Below are positions 1 through 10,069 of a stretch of 32,000 nt of DNA, in pieces (within the stretch, counting starts at the first letter, position 1; each line of letters begins with the position of its first letter). Under the pieces are notes generated by a model that saw only the letters and a program-made list of their open reading frames with translations, did no database searches and was not told where the DNA came from. The stretch is from assembly GCA_963743305.1 (NCBI GenBank), contig CAVUPH010000042.1, positions 1 through 32,000 on the forward strand, written 5' to 3'. This DNA comes from an uncultured delta proteobacterium. Lineage in GTDB: Bacteria > Desulfobacterota > RBG-13-43-22. Both the position numbers and the translations under genes were made by a program.

Positions 1-470
1 GATTCTGGAGCGGGGATTTGACCGCCAGCGGAAATATGAGCACCCTGCTTCGCTGGCCCAGCCGGTTCGGGCCGTAGGGCCATCTTTGACGCTGCCGTTG
101 TTCCAGGGCGGACAGCTTAGCGCCAACCTTGGCCAGCCAGGCACCTCCTACGAGGAAACCGTCGCCCGTTATCGCCAGACCGTGTTGACCGCTTTTGCGG
201 ATGTCGAAAACAACCTGGCAGCCGAGCATCTCCTGGCCCGCCAAATGAGGAGGTAATGGCTTCATGAGAGTCCGCGCGCGGCAACTGGAGATCGCCGACA
301 ATCGGTACGGCGCTGGCCTGGTGACTTACCTGGAAGTGGCGACGGCCGGAACACCACGCTCGGAATCGACGCTCCGGCATGCGCCTCCGCCGGCAGCAAC
401 TGGCGGCGGCGGTCGCTTTAATCAAAGCACACTGGAGGCGGCTGGCAGGTGACGGATACCGGTGGTAGAG
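1..470 (+). pseudogene. 3' part of a NodT/TolC-family outer-membrane efflux factor, broken by frameshifts
   Basis: Conserved C-terminal OMF motifs lie in three different + frames. AVGPSLTLPLFQGGQLSANLG..YEETVARYRQTVLTAFADVENNLAAEHLLARQ runs to a stop near 255. QLEIADNRYGAGLVTYLEVATA is in ORF 264..452. QQLAAAVALIKA is in another frame. Confidence 0.55.
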
Positions 471-504
471 AACCTGAGCCTTAATAAGAAGTTGTAAAAT
501 TAAC

Positions 505-546
505 TTGACAAGGATTTAATTAGCAGTTATTTTATATAACTATATA
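505..546 (+). promoter_or_regulatory. Candidate sigma70-type promoter plus AT-rich near-palindrome upstream of the czc-like operon
   Basis: TTGACA (505-510), a 17-nt spacer, then TATTTT (528-533). TATATAACTATATA (533-546) follows immediately, and AGTTAT/ATAACT inverted repeats flank it. Confidence 0.3.
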
Positions 547-584
547 GGAATTAACGAGCCGATAGCCGATTGGAATTTTAATCT

Positions 585-917
585 GTGAAAAGTCAAGTTT
601 TAAGAAAGCTTATTTCGACCGTTTTATTGAGCGTTTTTCTGGTGTTGCCCGTTGCTGACGGGCTGGCCCATGGGGACTGCGGAATCGAAGGTCTCCCTTT
701 TTTGCCAGGAGCCCGGAGGGAACTTTTTTTCGTATCTTATCGATTTCAACCAAACCTATTTATAATGATTGTTGCCCATTGGAAAAAAATGGAGCACGCC
801 ACCCATGCGCGTGTCTGTTTATTACATGCCCATGCCCTTGTGAATCATGGTGGCCCGCAAGTTAACCTTTCTTCAACCTCCTTTGAAAATCCTATCATCT
901 CTTCGCTACCGGTTTGA
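585..917 (+). CDS. Hypothetical small protein with signal-peptide-like N-terminus and a His-rich patch. It may be a decayed periplasmic metal-binding accessory gene.
   Basis: GTG-start ORF in the track. The N-terminus KSQVLRKLISTVLLSVFLVLPVADGLAHG looks like a signal peptide. HATHARVCLLHAHALVNHG is His-rich. There is no clear SD and no family recognised. Confidence 0.2.
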   Translation: MKSQVLRKLISTVLLSVFLVLPVADGLAHGDCGIEGLPFLPGARRELFFVSYRFQPNLFIMIVAHWKKMEHATHARVCLLHAHALVNHGGPQVNLSSTSFENPIISSLPV

Positions 918-1130
918 ACCCGTTTTTATCATCTACGAACCTCCTAAGGTTGTAGTCTTTTCCTCGAAAAACACCTCTCAGAACTGGTTAAAAATTAATA
1001 GAGGGATTCCGTCCTCCCCGGCAAGAAATTATTCCCTGAATCAAGTTCAGGACTAATGCGCAATTTCCTGGAGAGAAGGGGCGTGCTTCCCTTTATCGCG
1101 CTCTATCTATTTTATGCAGGAGGAAGGATC

Positions 1131-2341
1131 ATGCTTTATCTGATCACGGCGTTTGTCTTACTCCTTTCCGGCCCTGTCTTCGCTTTCACGATGGAAGAGG
1201 CGGTGGCGACCGGGCTGAAGAACAACCCGGAGATGCAGGCCTTCAGGTTCGAGGAGGAGGCGGCCAAGGGGGAGATGCAGAAGGCGAAGCTGCCCCCGTT
1301 CTCGAACCCCGTCGTTGAAGGCGGCCTGTCGCGAAGGCCGGCCGCCGGGTGAACCCGGAGGCACATTCAGGAACAACCAGATCAGCCTATCCCAACGCGT
1401 CGAGGTGGCGGGTCAACGAGGCTTGCGTATCGATGCGGCCACGAGCAACCTGGAGCGGACGCGGCTCGAGATTCGCGGACCTCGAGCCGGACTGAGGGCC
1501 GACATCAGGGACCTCTTTGCGCAGGCGCTCTTTCTGCGCGAGAGGGAGAGGCTCGCCAGGGAGTACATCCAACTCCAGGAGGAGCTTTCCGATCTCGTCT
1601 CGGTGAAGTATGAGGCGGGGGACGTCGCCGCACTCGAGGTAAACCTGAGCCAGGTCGAGCTGGCCCGGGCCAGGAGGGACCGGATGGCCGCTTCGACGGA
1701 CTACAGAAAAGCTCTTCTTTCGCTCGTGACGCTTTTCGGCCTGGCCTCTGGTGCCGCTCTGACCGTCGAGGGCGAGCTGGTGGCAGGACTTCCTCCGTTG
1801 CCGGAAAGGGAGACGCTCCTGGCCCGAGTACCCGCGCGACCCGACGTAAGGCGGCCGAGGCCGAGACAAGGAGGTCAGCGGCGGCGCAAGACTTGTCAGG
1901 AGGGAGGTGATCCCGAACGTGACTGGAGTGTCTTTCAAGGAAGGGAGGAGCAGCGGGACGAGACGGGGTGCGCTCTGGTTTAGATCCCTCTCTTTGACCG
2001 GAAACAGGGCGAGCGTATGGAGGCCAAGGCGAAGGCTTTCCCAGGCGCGCATCCGGAGGCCGGTGTGACTAGGACCGCCCAGAGGGAGATTGAGGGGTCG
2101 ATGCGGCAGCCGCTTCATCCTTCAGGGAACTCGATCTTTTGAGAGAGGCAATCTTAGGCGCACCACGGAAAACCTCGATCTCCTCCAACTCGCTTTCCGG
2201 GAAGGCAAGATAAGCTTCTACGACGTCCGCATCGCCCAGCGGGAGACCATCGAGACGCGCAACTCGTACTTGCATGCGCTGCTTGCCGCGCAACGCGCGT
2301 ATAATGCCCTTGAAAGGGCGATCGGAGGTGAACTGAGATGA
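1131..2341 (+). pseudogene. czcC: CzcC-like outer-membrane factor of an HME-RND system, frameshifted
   Basis: SD AGGAGGAAGG sits before the ATG at 1131. A signal peptide is followed by OMF-like sequence spread over ORFs 1056..1352, 1315..1983 and 2090..2341 in different frames (e.g. EEAVATGLKNNPEMQA; LSDLVSVKYEAGDVAALEVNLSQVELARARRD; FREGKISFYDVRIAQRETIETRNSYLHALLAAQRAYNALERAIGGEL). Confidence 0.65.
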
Positions 2342-2360
2342 AGGGCTACGGGCTTAGAGG

Positions 2361-3574
2361 ATGAATATCGTGCGATGTTCTGCGTCGTGCTCTTGCCGGC
2401 GCTGTGCTCGCGGGCGGATGTTCGAAGAAGGAGAAACGGAGGAACGGGGGTTGCCGGGCGCGCGGAAGGCGGAGCCCGAAAAGAAGGAGGCGCCACCGGA
2501 AGGCCGAGTCAAGCCACACCGGAGGGCGTAAAGGCTGCCGGCATAGAGGTGCAGACCGTCGTCGCCACGACACCTTCGGTGCTGATTTCGGCAACGGCGG
2601 TGCTGGAGATGAACGGGGACTGGGGTCTCCCGGGTCAATCCGCGGGTGACGGGACGGCTGTCAAGGTCAATGCTTCGCTCGGGGATAGGGTGGGTTTCGG
2701 CCAGACGCTCGCCCAGATCGATTCCGTGGAAGTGGACCAGGCGTGGTCCGACTACCTGAAGGCGAGGGCCAGGCTCGATCTCGCGCCGCGGAGAGCGTCA
2801 GGCGTGAAGAGACCCTCTTTCAGAAGAAGGTGTCGCCCGAGAAGGATCTGCTTAAGGCGCGCCAGGAGCTCGGGGAGGCCGAGGCCGACATGCTGCTCGC
2901 CAGCGAGAAGTTCCGGCTGCTGGGTGTCGACGTGGGCCAGGTCGAATCAAATACGAACGGAACGAAGCACAACCATCCGCTCATCCCCGTCCAGGCCCCC
3001 CTGTCAGGGGTTGTTGTCGGAAAGACTCGTGACCCAGGGGGAGATGGTCGGCCCGGAGAAGACACTCTTCACGGTTGCCGATCTCTCGACGCTCTGGCTC
3101 ATGATCGATATCTACGAGCGGGACATCGGCAGGGTCAAAACCGGCATGCAGACAAAACTTCGATTGCCACCTATCCGGGAAAGGAATTCAGGGGACGCAT
3201 CTCGTACGTCGGCGACGTTATGTATGAGAAGTCACGGACGGTGAAGGCGCGGGTGACTATCGACAACAGGGACGGTCTGCTGAAGCCGGGAATGTTTGCA
3301 GCGGCTTCGATAGACTCCTGTCAAGAGCCCAGGCCGAGAAAAAGTGATCGCCGTCCCCGAAGAGGCAGTCTTTCTCGACGGTTCGGATAGGTACGTCTTT
3401 ATCCGCGAAGGGGATGGCAGGTTCGTTGCGAGAGAGTCTCCGTCGGCCCTGCATCGGGCGGCAAGATCGAAATCAAGGAGGGGCTTAAAGGAGGGAGACG
3501 CGGTGGTCACCAAGGGGGTCTTTACGCTCAAATCGGAACTCAAGAAAGAAACCCTCCACGCTGACGAGCACTGA
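2361..3574 (+). pseudogene. czcB: CzcB-like membrane-fusion (periplasmic adaptor) protein, multiply frameshifted
   Basis: A lipobox-like AVLAGGCSKKEK sits in one frame. AGIEVQTVVATTPSVLISATAVLEMN, VKVNASLGDRVGFGQTLAQIDSVEVDQAWSDYLKA, EETLFQKKVSPEKDLLKARQELGEAEADMLLASEKFRLLGV, LVTQGEMVGPEKTLFTVADLSTLWLMIDIYERDIGRVKTG, YPGKEFRGRISYVGDVMYEKSRTVKARVTIDNRDGLLKPGMF and VIAVPEEAVFLDGSDRYVFI alternate between frames. Confidence 0.7.
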
Positions 3575-3585
3575 GGAGCAGAGCC

Positions 3586-6500
3586 ATGTTGGAAAAAATC
3601 ATCGCCTTGGTGCTCAGACAGAAAGGGACGGTCCTGGTTTTCTCGTTGCTCCTCGTGGCCTTTGGAGTCTATTCCTATATCAAGCTTCCCATCGACGCCT
3701 TCCCCGATGTCACCAACATCCAGGTGGAAGTCGTCAGCCACGCCAACGGACTTTCCGCACTGGAGATCGAGCGTTCGGTGACCTATCCCATCGAAATGTC
3801 CATGCGCGGGCTTCCGAAGAGTCAAACAGATGCGCTCTGTCACCAAGTTCGGCCTTTCCCTGGTGACCATTGTCTTTGAAGACAGTGTCGATATTTACTT
3901 TGCCCGACAGCTTGTCTTTGAGAGACTGGCCGAAGCGAGGGAGAATGTCCCCAAAGGCGTCGAAGTCGCCATGGGACCCATTGCGACCGCCATGGGGGAG
4001 ATATACCAGTTCACGCTCGACGGCAAGATGCCCGATGATCCCCAGAAGAAAATCGAGTATTTGACGAACTTGAGAACGATTCAGGAATGGATCATCAACC
4101 CGCTGCTGAAAAGCGTTCCGGGAGTGAACGAAATAAATTCCTTCGGCGGGTATTTCAAGCAGTATCAGGTGATCGTTTCTCCCGACAGGCTCTTGAAACA
4201 TAACCTTTCCGTCGACCAGGTATACACGGCGATCGAAAAGAATAATCAGAATGCCGGCGGGAATGTGACTCGAAAAATACTCCGATCAGTATATCGTCCG
4301 GGGCGTCGGACTCATCAAGAATACGGCCGACATGGAGAACATCGTTCTCAAATCCTCCGGCGGCACGCCGACTTATCTGAAAGACGTTGCCGAAATACGG
4401 ATCGGGGAAGCCGTCCGGCAAGGCGCCGCCATGATCAACGGCAAGGACGAGGCGGTCGGCGGCATTGTCATGATGCTTCGGGGAGAGAACAGCCGCGAAG
4501 TGGTCGAACGGGTCAAGGAGAAGGTCAAAGAAATAAACGAGAACAACATTCTCGCCAAAGGGAATCAAGATACTACCCTATTACGATCGGTCCGATATCG
4601 TGAATGCCAGTGTCGCCACAGTCACCAAGGCGCTGGCTCGAAGGCGCCTTTCTCGTATTGATCGTTCTTTATCTTCTGCTGAGAAGCTTCAGGGCCTCCT
4701 TCGTCGTATTGATTGCCCTTCCGCTTTCTTTGCTGTCCACCTTCATCGTCATGAAGATAGTTGGATTAAGCGCCAATCTGATGTCTCTCGGCGGATTGGC
4801 GATTTCGATCGGCATGATCATAGACGCGACCATCATTCAGGTGGAAAACGTCCAGAGGCATCTCAGCGAAGACGCGGCATCGGAGCGCAAAAGCTACTAC
4901 CGTGCTCAAGGCGGTCCTCGAGGTAAGAAAGCCGAGCATCCTCGGCGAGTTGATCATCGCCATCACCTTTATTCCCATTCTGGCCCTGGAAGGGATTGAA
5001 GGGAAGATGTTCGGGCCCCTGGCCATGACGGTCGCCATCGCCCTTCTCTCGTCCCTGGTTCTTTCGATCTTCGTCATTCCGGTCTTGTGCGCCCTGATCC
5101 TGAAGCCGCAACCGGAAAAAGAGAGCGTCATCATGAGGCCTGTAAAGAAACTCTATCTGCCGGTGCTCAAGTACACCATGAAGAAGAGAAAACCGGTCTT
5201 GGCCACGGCCGGTGTCTTTCTTATCCTGTCCCTGGTCATTATTCCACGGCTGGGAACGGAATTCATACCGATCATGGATGAAGGGGCTTTTGATATGGAT
5301 GTATCTCTTCTGCCCGGCGTTTCACTGGATAAAGCCATGGAGATAAACAAACTCATAGGTGAAAAGCTAAAAACGTTCCCGGAATTGCAAACGGTGGTTT
5401 CCCGAACGGGACAAACCGGGGTGGCCCTGGACACGCGGGGTGTGGATAAGACCGGCTACGTCGGGGTGTTGAAGCCGAGAAAGGAATGGAAAAGCGATCT
5501 GAACCGGGAGGAATTGACCGGCAAGATGAGAGAGGCCTATAGAGGCCATACCGGGAATAGGATTTGGTTTCAGCCAGCCCATCCAATGCAGAATCGATGA
5601 ACTGGTGGCCGGAACGCGGGCCCAGCTTATTCTGAGACTTTTTGGCGAGGACATGGAGATATTGAAGATCGAAGGCGGACGAAATAGCGCGGGTCCTCTC
5701 CAAAATCGAAGGCGCAACCGATTTGCTTACGGAAAAGGTGACCGGGCAGTCGTATCTCACCATCGAGATAGACCGACCGAAAATCGCCCGCTACGGATTG
5801 AATATCAGCGATATCCAAAACCTGGTTGAAATCGCTATTGCCGGCAAATCGGCATCCAGGTTCTATGAGGAGAACAGGAGCTTCGATATTACCGTCCGCC
5901 TGCCGGAGGAAAACAGGAACTCGGTGGAGACCATCGGCAATATTCTGGTGCCGACGGCGGGCGGTTCGAATGTTCCCCTCAGTCAGCTGGCGAAGATCTC
6001 TCTCTCGGAAGGACCGGCACAGATAAGCAGGGAGGACGGCCTACGGAGAATCGGCATCGAGATGAACATAGACGGAAGAGACATCGGGGGTTTTGTCGCA
6101 GGAAGCAAAACAAAAGATAGCGGAAAAGGTGAAACTGCCTTCCGGATACTACCTCACCTGGGGAGGACAGTTTGAAAACCAGCAGCGGGCCATGGCCAAG
6201 ATGATGATCATCGGACCGGTGGCAATCGGACTGATTCTGCTTCTCCTCTTTGCCACCTTCCGATCGATAAAACCGGCCCTGCTGGTAATCCTCAATCTGC
6301 CCTTTGCCTTGATCGGCGGCGTGTTCTCGCTGTGGATTTCCGGTCTATACCTGTCGGTTCCGGCTTCGGTCGGGTTTATCGTGCTCTTCGGGGTCGCGGT
6401 GTTGAACGGGGTGGTTCTGGTGTCCCGCATCTCCCAATTGCGCGAGGAAGAGGGGTTGGAGTTGACGGAGGCGATTCTCAAAGGCAGCGCAAGACCGATT

Positions 6501-6702
6501 GCGTCCGGTGCTGATGACGGCCTCTATCGCCATTTTCAGTCTGATCCCCATGCTTTACGCCGGTGGAGCAGGTTCTGAAATCCAGAAACCGCTGGCCACT
6601 GTGGTGGTGGGGGGATTGGTGACCTCCACGCTTCTGACGCTCTTGCTCATCCCTTCCATGTACGGCTGGTTCGAGAAAAAACAACCTGAGGCTGAAATGT
6701 AA
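3586..6702 (+). pseudogene. czcA: CzcA-like heavy-metal-efflux RND inner-membrane pump, at least 8 frame changes
   Basis: The N-terminus MLEKIIALVLRQKGTVLVFSLLLVAFGVYSYIKLPIDAFPDVTNIQVEV is typical of the CzcA/HME-RND family. A continuous RND-like sequence can be followed through ORFs 3586, 3830, 4332, 4604, 4902, 5605, 5723, 6093 and 6499, with frame order 1,2,3,2,3,1,2,3,1. It ends VVGGLVTSTLLTLLLIPSMYGWFEKK. Confidence 0.8.
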
Positions 6703-6741
6703 CAGTTCGATGGACCACTGGGCTGGCGCCGGTGTCTTGTT

Positions 6742-6870
6742 TTGGCGGCGGACAAGCCCGGCATTGGGATTTTGTCGCATCTGGCCGGTGTTATTCTGGG
6801 CGGATTGTTGAGTCCCCCCGTGCTCAATAGGATCGTTCTCCCGGCGCTCTTGTTCAATAGGAAAAAGGAG
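6742..6870 (+). pseudogene. Relic C-terminal fragment of a second RND pump
   Basis: Directly after the czcA stop, ORF 6742..6924 reads GVILGGLLSPPVLNRIVLPALLFNRKKE. This mimics the last TM helix and tail of RND pumps; compare czcA's own VVGGLVTSTLLTLLLIPSMYGWFEKK. Confidence 0.35.
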
Positions 6871-6880
6871 GATTCGAAAA

Positions 6881-7475
6881 ATGAAAAAATTATTATGTTA
6901 TTTGCTCCTGTTGGTTTTCGTTAGTGCCGCTTTGGGATGCGGCCTGACGGCCCGAGAGATAAAAATCAAATCACAAAGTGAAAGAACGGATATTTTCAGG
7001 GAGGTGAGCGAGGAAGGCCCTGCGCCTAAAGGTTTAGTCGATTTGATCATCAAGGCCTCCGTTAAAACCCATGTGGAAGGGTATTACTTCTTCGAACCGG
7101 AAAAAACCTTCCATGGCCAACCGGACTATCCGTTCTTAGTCAATATAGACGGCCAAGCGGTTATTTGGAGAGCAGAGCGGAGGAAAGAGACCACCCCGGT
7201 GTATGACGACCAAGGGAGGAGGGATCTCGAAGGGGGAGAGGGCATGTCGCTATATCCTGAATAAAAGGCTCAGGCTTTCTCCCGGGCCGCACCATGTAAT
7301 TTTTGGTCTCCCCGGAGAAGAGTTTTTGAGGGAAGTTAACCTGACCCTAATCGGAGATGAGGTGCAGGTAATAGAATTTAAACCGGTCTACCGAGCCAAG
7401 AGAGGGGATGCTGGACGCAGTTTTCTAAACGGGGTCAATGGAGGAAAGATTTTTTTTAACGGGAATCTTTTGTAA
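6881..7475 (+). pseudogene. Lipoprotein of unknown function with one frameshift near 7240
   Basis: SD AAGGAGG precedes the ATG at 6881. The signal peptide has lipobox AALGC. ORF 6881..7264 continues sensibly in ORF 7203..7475 (YILNKRLRLSPGPHHVIFGLPGEEF...). Confidence 0.5.
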
Positions 7476-7479
7476 TCGA

Positions 7480-7906
7480 GTATTTATATGTCCTGGTGGA
7501 GCTAAATCTATGGTGAGGTCGCTTAGCCTTTCTCTCGCCAGGAGGGAAGTTGTTGTCTCGATCCTGGGCCAAAAATGCGGTCTGCTCGGGATCTTTTATG
7601 CCGAAATCATTGGCGGTATCGCCCTATTTTTGCCACCCGCCGTTTTCCCCTTTGGTGGATATCTCCACGACTATGGGGTCTTCATTGAGGTGCTCGATAT
7701 TATTGTGGCCGTATAGGGAGTGCCGATCTCCTGCTCCGGCAGGTGACAGGGGGGATAATGGACCAGGTGGCCCGGCACGGGACGGAAGTCCGTGGCGAGA
7801 GCACCCTGGAGTTTAAGGTGACCCAGGTATTCCCCCAGATCATAGGTGTGCTCGGCGACCTGGATTCTTTTTCAGCGGTTTTTTCAGGGTCGATCTTTTC
7901 CACCAA
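7480..7906 (-). pseudogene. Relic of a CCG-domain (HdrB/GlcF/LldE-like) Fe-S oxidoreductase
   Basis: Minus-strand translation gives IQVAEHTYDLGEYLGHLKLQGALATDFRPVPGHLVHYPPCHLPEQEIGTPY, resembling the v.YHdPCHL motif of CCG domains. The remainder falls into other frames with stops. Confidence 0.35.
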
Positions 7907-7910
7907 ACCT

Positions 7911-8150
7911 TCACCCTTTCAAGTTGTTTGCCGCTTGATCTTTGAGGTAGGTCCGGTACTCCCGCAAGAGGGCATAGGCGTATTCGCGGCGGACCCGGTC
8001 CGACGAAGGGATATAGTTCTTTTGGGCTTCCAAGCGGTCGAGTATCTCTTCGGCCGTCGCCTCATTTGCCGGCCGACCTTGCGCGTAAAGGTCGGCCATG
8101 ATCTCGACCAACCCATTAACCCGGACCTGGGTATCATCGGGAAATTTCAA
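7911..8150 (-). CDS. Conserved-looking hypothetical protein (79 aa, TTG start)
   Basis: Track ORF; sequence MKFPDDTQVRVNGLVEIMADLYAQGRPANEATAEEILDRLEAQKNYIPSSDRVRREY... No ATG start, so it may be a fragment. Family not recognised with certainty. Confidence 0.4.
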   Translation of the reverse strand: MKFPDDTQVRVNGLVEIMADLYAQGRPANEATAEEILDRLEAQKNYIPSSDRVRREYAYALLREYRTYLKDQAANNLKG

Positions 8151-8295
8151 TATTCGCTGACTAACTGTCGGCTTTTCGGGCTCGCCTCAGGTGACTCAAC
8201 CGATCACTTCAATCGGGACCATATTCCATCTCCTGTATTGTTTCTTTTTCGACCCAGGCCGGTTGGGAGGGTTTGCTCCTTCCCGGAAAAGCGAA

Positions 8296-8703
8296 CTAAT
8301 GAATCCAGATAATCTTGACCTCTTTTTCCACTTGTTTGAATTCCATATCCCCGGTAACCAACTCTGCCTTATAGTGTTTTGCTGTGGCCGCGGCATAACA
8401 ATCGGCATAGGACATCTTTTTACAGGATTTGAATTCGGCGGCCTGCCGGGTCAGGTCCAAATCCGCCTGAACAATTTGGATCGGCAGGGTTGAAATCAGA
8501 TGAGTTACCTCATCTAACCGTTTTCGCCCTGCCTCTCGCAGGGTAATATAATAGACCTCTCCCCAATTCACGGTGGAAAGGAAAAGATTTGCTTTGGAAT
8601 CTCGGGCATCTTGTATCATTTCAATCACTTTTTCCTTGCCCTGCTCCCCTTCCAGATAAGCAATAAGACTATAAGAGTCTAAGACTCTACTGATCAAACT
8701 CAC
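8296..8703 (-). CDS. vapC: PIN-domain toxin VapC
   Basis: 135 aa with the acidic PIN residues (VLDS near the N-terminus, WGE, SYADC, TGD). It overlaps the upstream antitoxin gene by 4 nt (ATGA). Confidence 0.85.
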   Translation of the reverse strand: MSLISRVLDSYSLIAYLEGEQGKEKVIEMIQDARDSKANLFLSTVNWGEVYYITLREAGRKRLDEVTHLISTLPIQIVQADLDLTRQAAEFKSCKKMSYADCYAAATAKHYKAELVTGDMEFKQVEKEVKIIWIH

Positions 8704-8930
8704 AGCATCTTCTCCTTATCTTTCTCTTCTTTTAAGGCCTTAAGCAATCTTCCCTGAGTGCCCGTGATGCCGGACATGGCTCGAATATATTCATCGGTAA
8801 TCGGTTTGATAATAAGTTCTCCCTTGCGTTCAAAAAGGGAAAGACGGGTACCCTTCTTAATATTGAATTTTCTCCTATATTTAGCCGGAATCACCACTTG
8901 ACCTTTTGAGGTCACGATTACGTTATCCAT
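8700..8930 (-). CDS. vapB: AbrB/SpoVT/MazE-fold antitoxin VapB
   Basis: 76 aa. SKGQVVIPAKYRRKFNIKKGTRL is a looped-hinge-helix (SpoVT-AbrB) DNA-binding motif. It is translationally coupled to vapC. Confidence 0.85.
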   Translation of the reverse strand: MDNVIVTSKGQVVIPAKYRRKFNIKKGTRLSLFERKGELIIKPITDEYIRAMSGITGTQGRLLKALKEEKDKEKML

Positions 8931-8932
8931 AG

Positions 8933-8943
8933 CCCCCCCCCCC
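8933..8943 (-). repeat. Homopolymer G11 (C11 on the + strand), 2 nt upstream of the vapB ATG
   Basis: Counted directly: 8 C at 8933-8940 plus 3 C at 8941-8943. The tract occupies the SD position. Confidence 0.9.
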
Positions 8944-8997
8944 TTGATTGACTTACAAAATAAAAAAGTACCCCATTATAAAAAGTAAGTCAATCAA
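8944..8997 (-). promoter_or_regulatory. Perfect 13-bp inverted repeat (probable VapB operator or promoter region)
   Basis: TTGATTGACTTAC (8944-8956) and GTAAGTCAATCAA (8985-8997) are separated by 28 AT-rich nt that contain TATAAT on the minus strand. Confidence 0.45.
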
Positions 8998-9142
8998 TTT
9001 TTAACCCCTAAACCTGAGTTCGTTTGGAATTATTTGCCACAGACCCACGCGGACAAAGACGGAAATTTTTTAAGCCGAGTCTCGCGGCACGCGGGACTTA
9101 AACCCGTCATCGCCGGTGCGAAAAAAATCCCAATATTCATTT

Positions 9143-10055
9143 CTAACAAGGCTTTCTGGCCTCAATATAGGCTGAAACGACATAATCAGCCGCATTTTTA
9201 CTTTTTTCCGGCTCCCACTCCCGGATTATTTCCTGGCTTTTGTCGTGAGGGATGACCCTGATTTCCCTGAAACCGGCCTTCCGCAGCATATCTTCGGTAT
9301 CTTGAATCGTGGCTGCACCCCCGATGCAAGCGCTGAGCAGGGCCAGATTGTTTTTGATGTCCTCCGGCAGGGGAGCTGTCGCCACGACGTCGGAGATGGC
9401 CAGCCTCCCTCCCGGCTTCAGTACCCTGAAGGCATCACGATACACCGCTCGTTTTATCCGGCGATAGGTTGATCACGCAATTCGACATGATAATGTCGGC
9501 CGTGTTATCGCCGACCGGCAGGTGTTCGATCTCCCCCAGGCGGAATTCGACGTTCGTGTGCTTGAATTTTTTCGGCATTTTTTCTCGCCTTGCTGATCAT
9601 GTCCGGCGTCATGTCCACACCGATGATGTGTCCCGTTTCCCCTACTTCCTTTGCGGCCAGGAAGCAGTCGAAACCACCGCCGCAGCCCAGATCGACCACC
9701 GTCTCTCCGGGTTTAAGGGAGGCCAGCGCCACCGGGTTCCCGCAACCCAGCATCATGTTCGCCCCGTCGGGAGCGCTGTCTAAATCCTTCTGGGAATAGC
9801 CAAGGTTCCCCATGTAAGCGGCCATTTTTTCAACGGAAAAATCCACCGCGCCGCAGCAGGATGCCTCTTGCCCGGAAGCGGCATCGGTAGCCCCGCAGCA
9901 TGACACCAGAGGGAAGAGCGTTCCTTTGAATATCGCTTGTCGAACAACACGACGCGGCAGATCCAGGTTTCGGGTGTGTCGTTCCCTGCCTTGGCGATGC
10001 TGCCGTAGCGGTCACGTACGGTTGCCCTTATTTTTTCTTTTTCCATCGTTTCCAT
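9143..10055 (-). pseudogene. arsM: Arsenite S-adenosylmethionine methyltransferase (ArsM-like), several frameshifts
   Basis: Four minus ORFs in three reading frames hold consecutive ArsM segments. 9780..10055: [17 protein letters not shown]. 9830..10015: SCCSTSD. 9505..9906: [85 protein letters not shown]. 9143..9445: AFRVLKPGGRLAISDVV...IGGAATIQD. Confidence 0.75.
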
Positions 10056-10069
10056 TGATTAATCTCCTT

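Noticed and set aside
1387-2118. 243-aa minus ORF in the czcC region; also 3232..3870, 3734..4201 and 4155..4568 in the czcB/czcA region
   Set aside because: These long open frames are expected in GC-rich DNA. Their translations are Arg/Pro/Leu-rich with no motifs, whereas the + strand fragments carry clear OMF, MFP and RND signatures.
3586-6702. Idea that the many frame changes in czcA reflect programmed ribosomal frameshifting or recoding
   Set aside because: There are eight or more switches in both directions, with no common slippery heptamer or downstream structure at the junctions I inspected (e.g. near 3830). Neighbouring unrelated genes are broken too. Decay or sequence error is far more parsimonious.
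9030-9095. Short repeat-like string (GCCACAGACCCACGCGGACAAAGACGG) and the hairpin AGTCTCGCG-GCA-CGCGGGACT downstream of arsM, considered as a terminator or dispersed repeat
   Set aside because: The hairpin is not followed by a U-run on either strand. I cannot show a second copy of the string within this window, so there is insufficient support.
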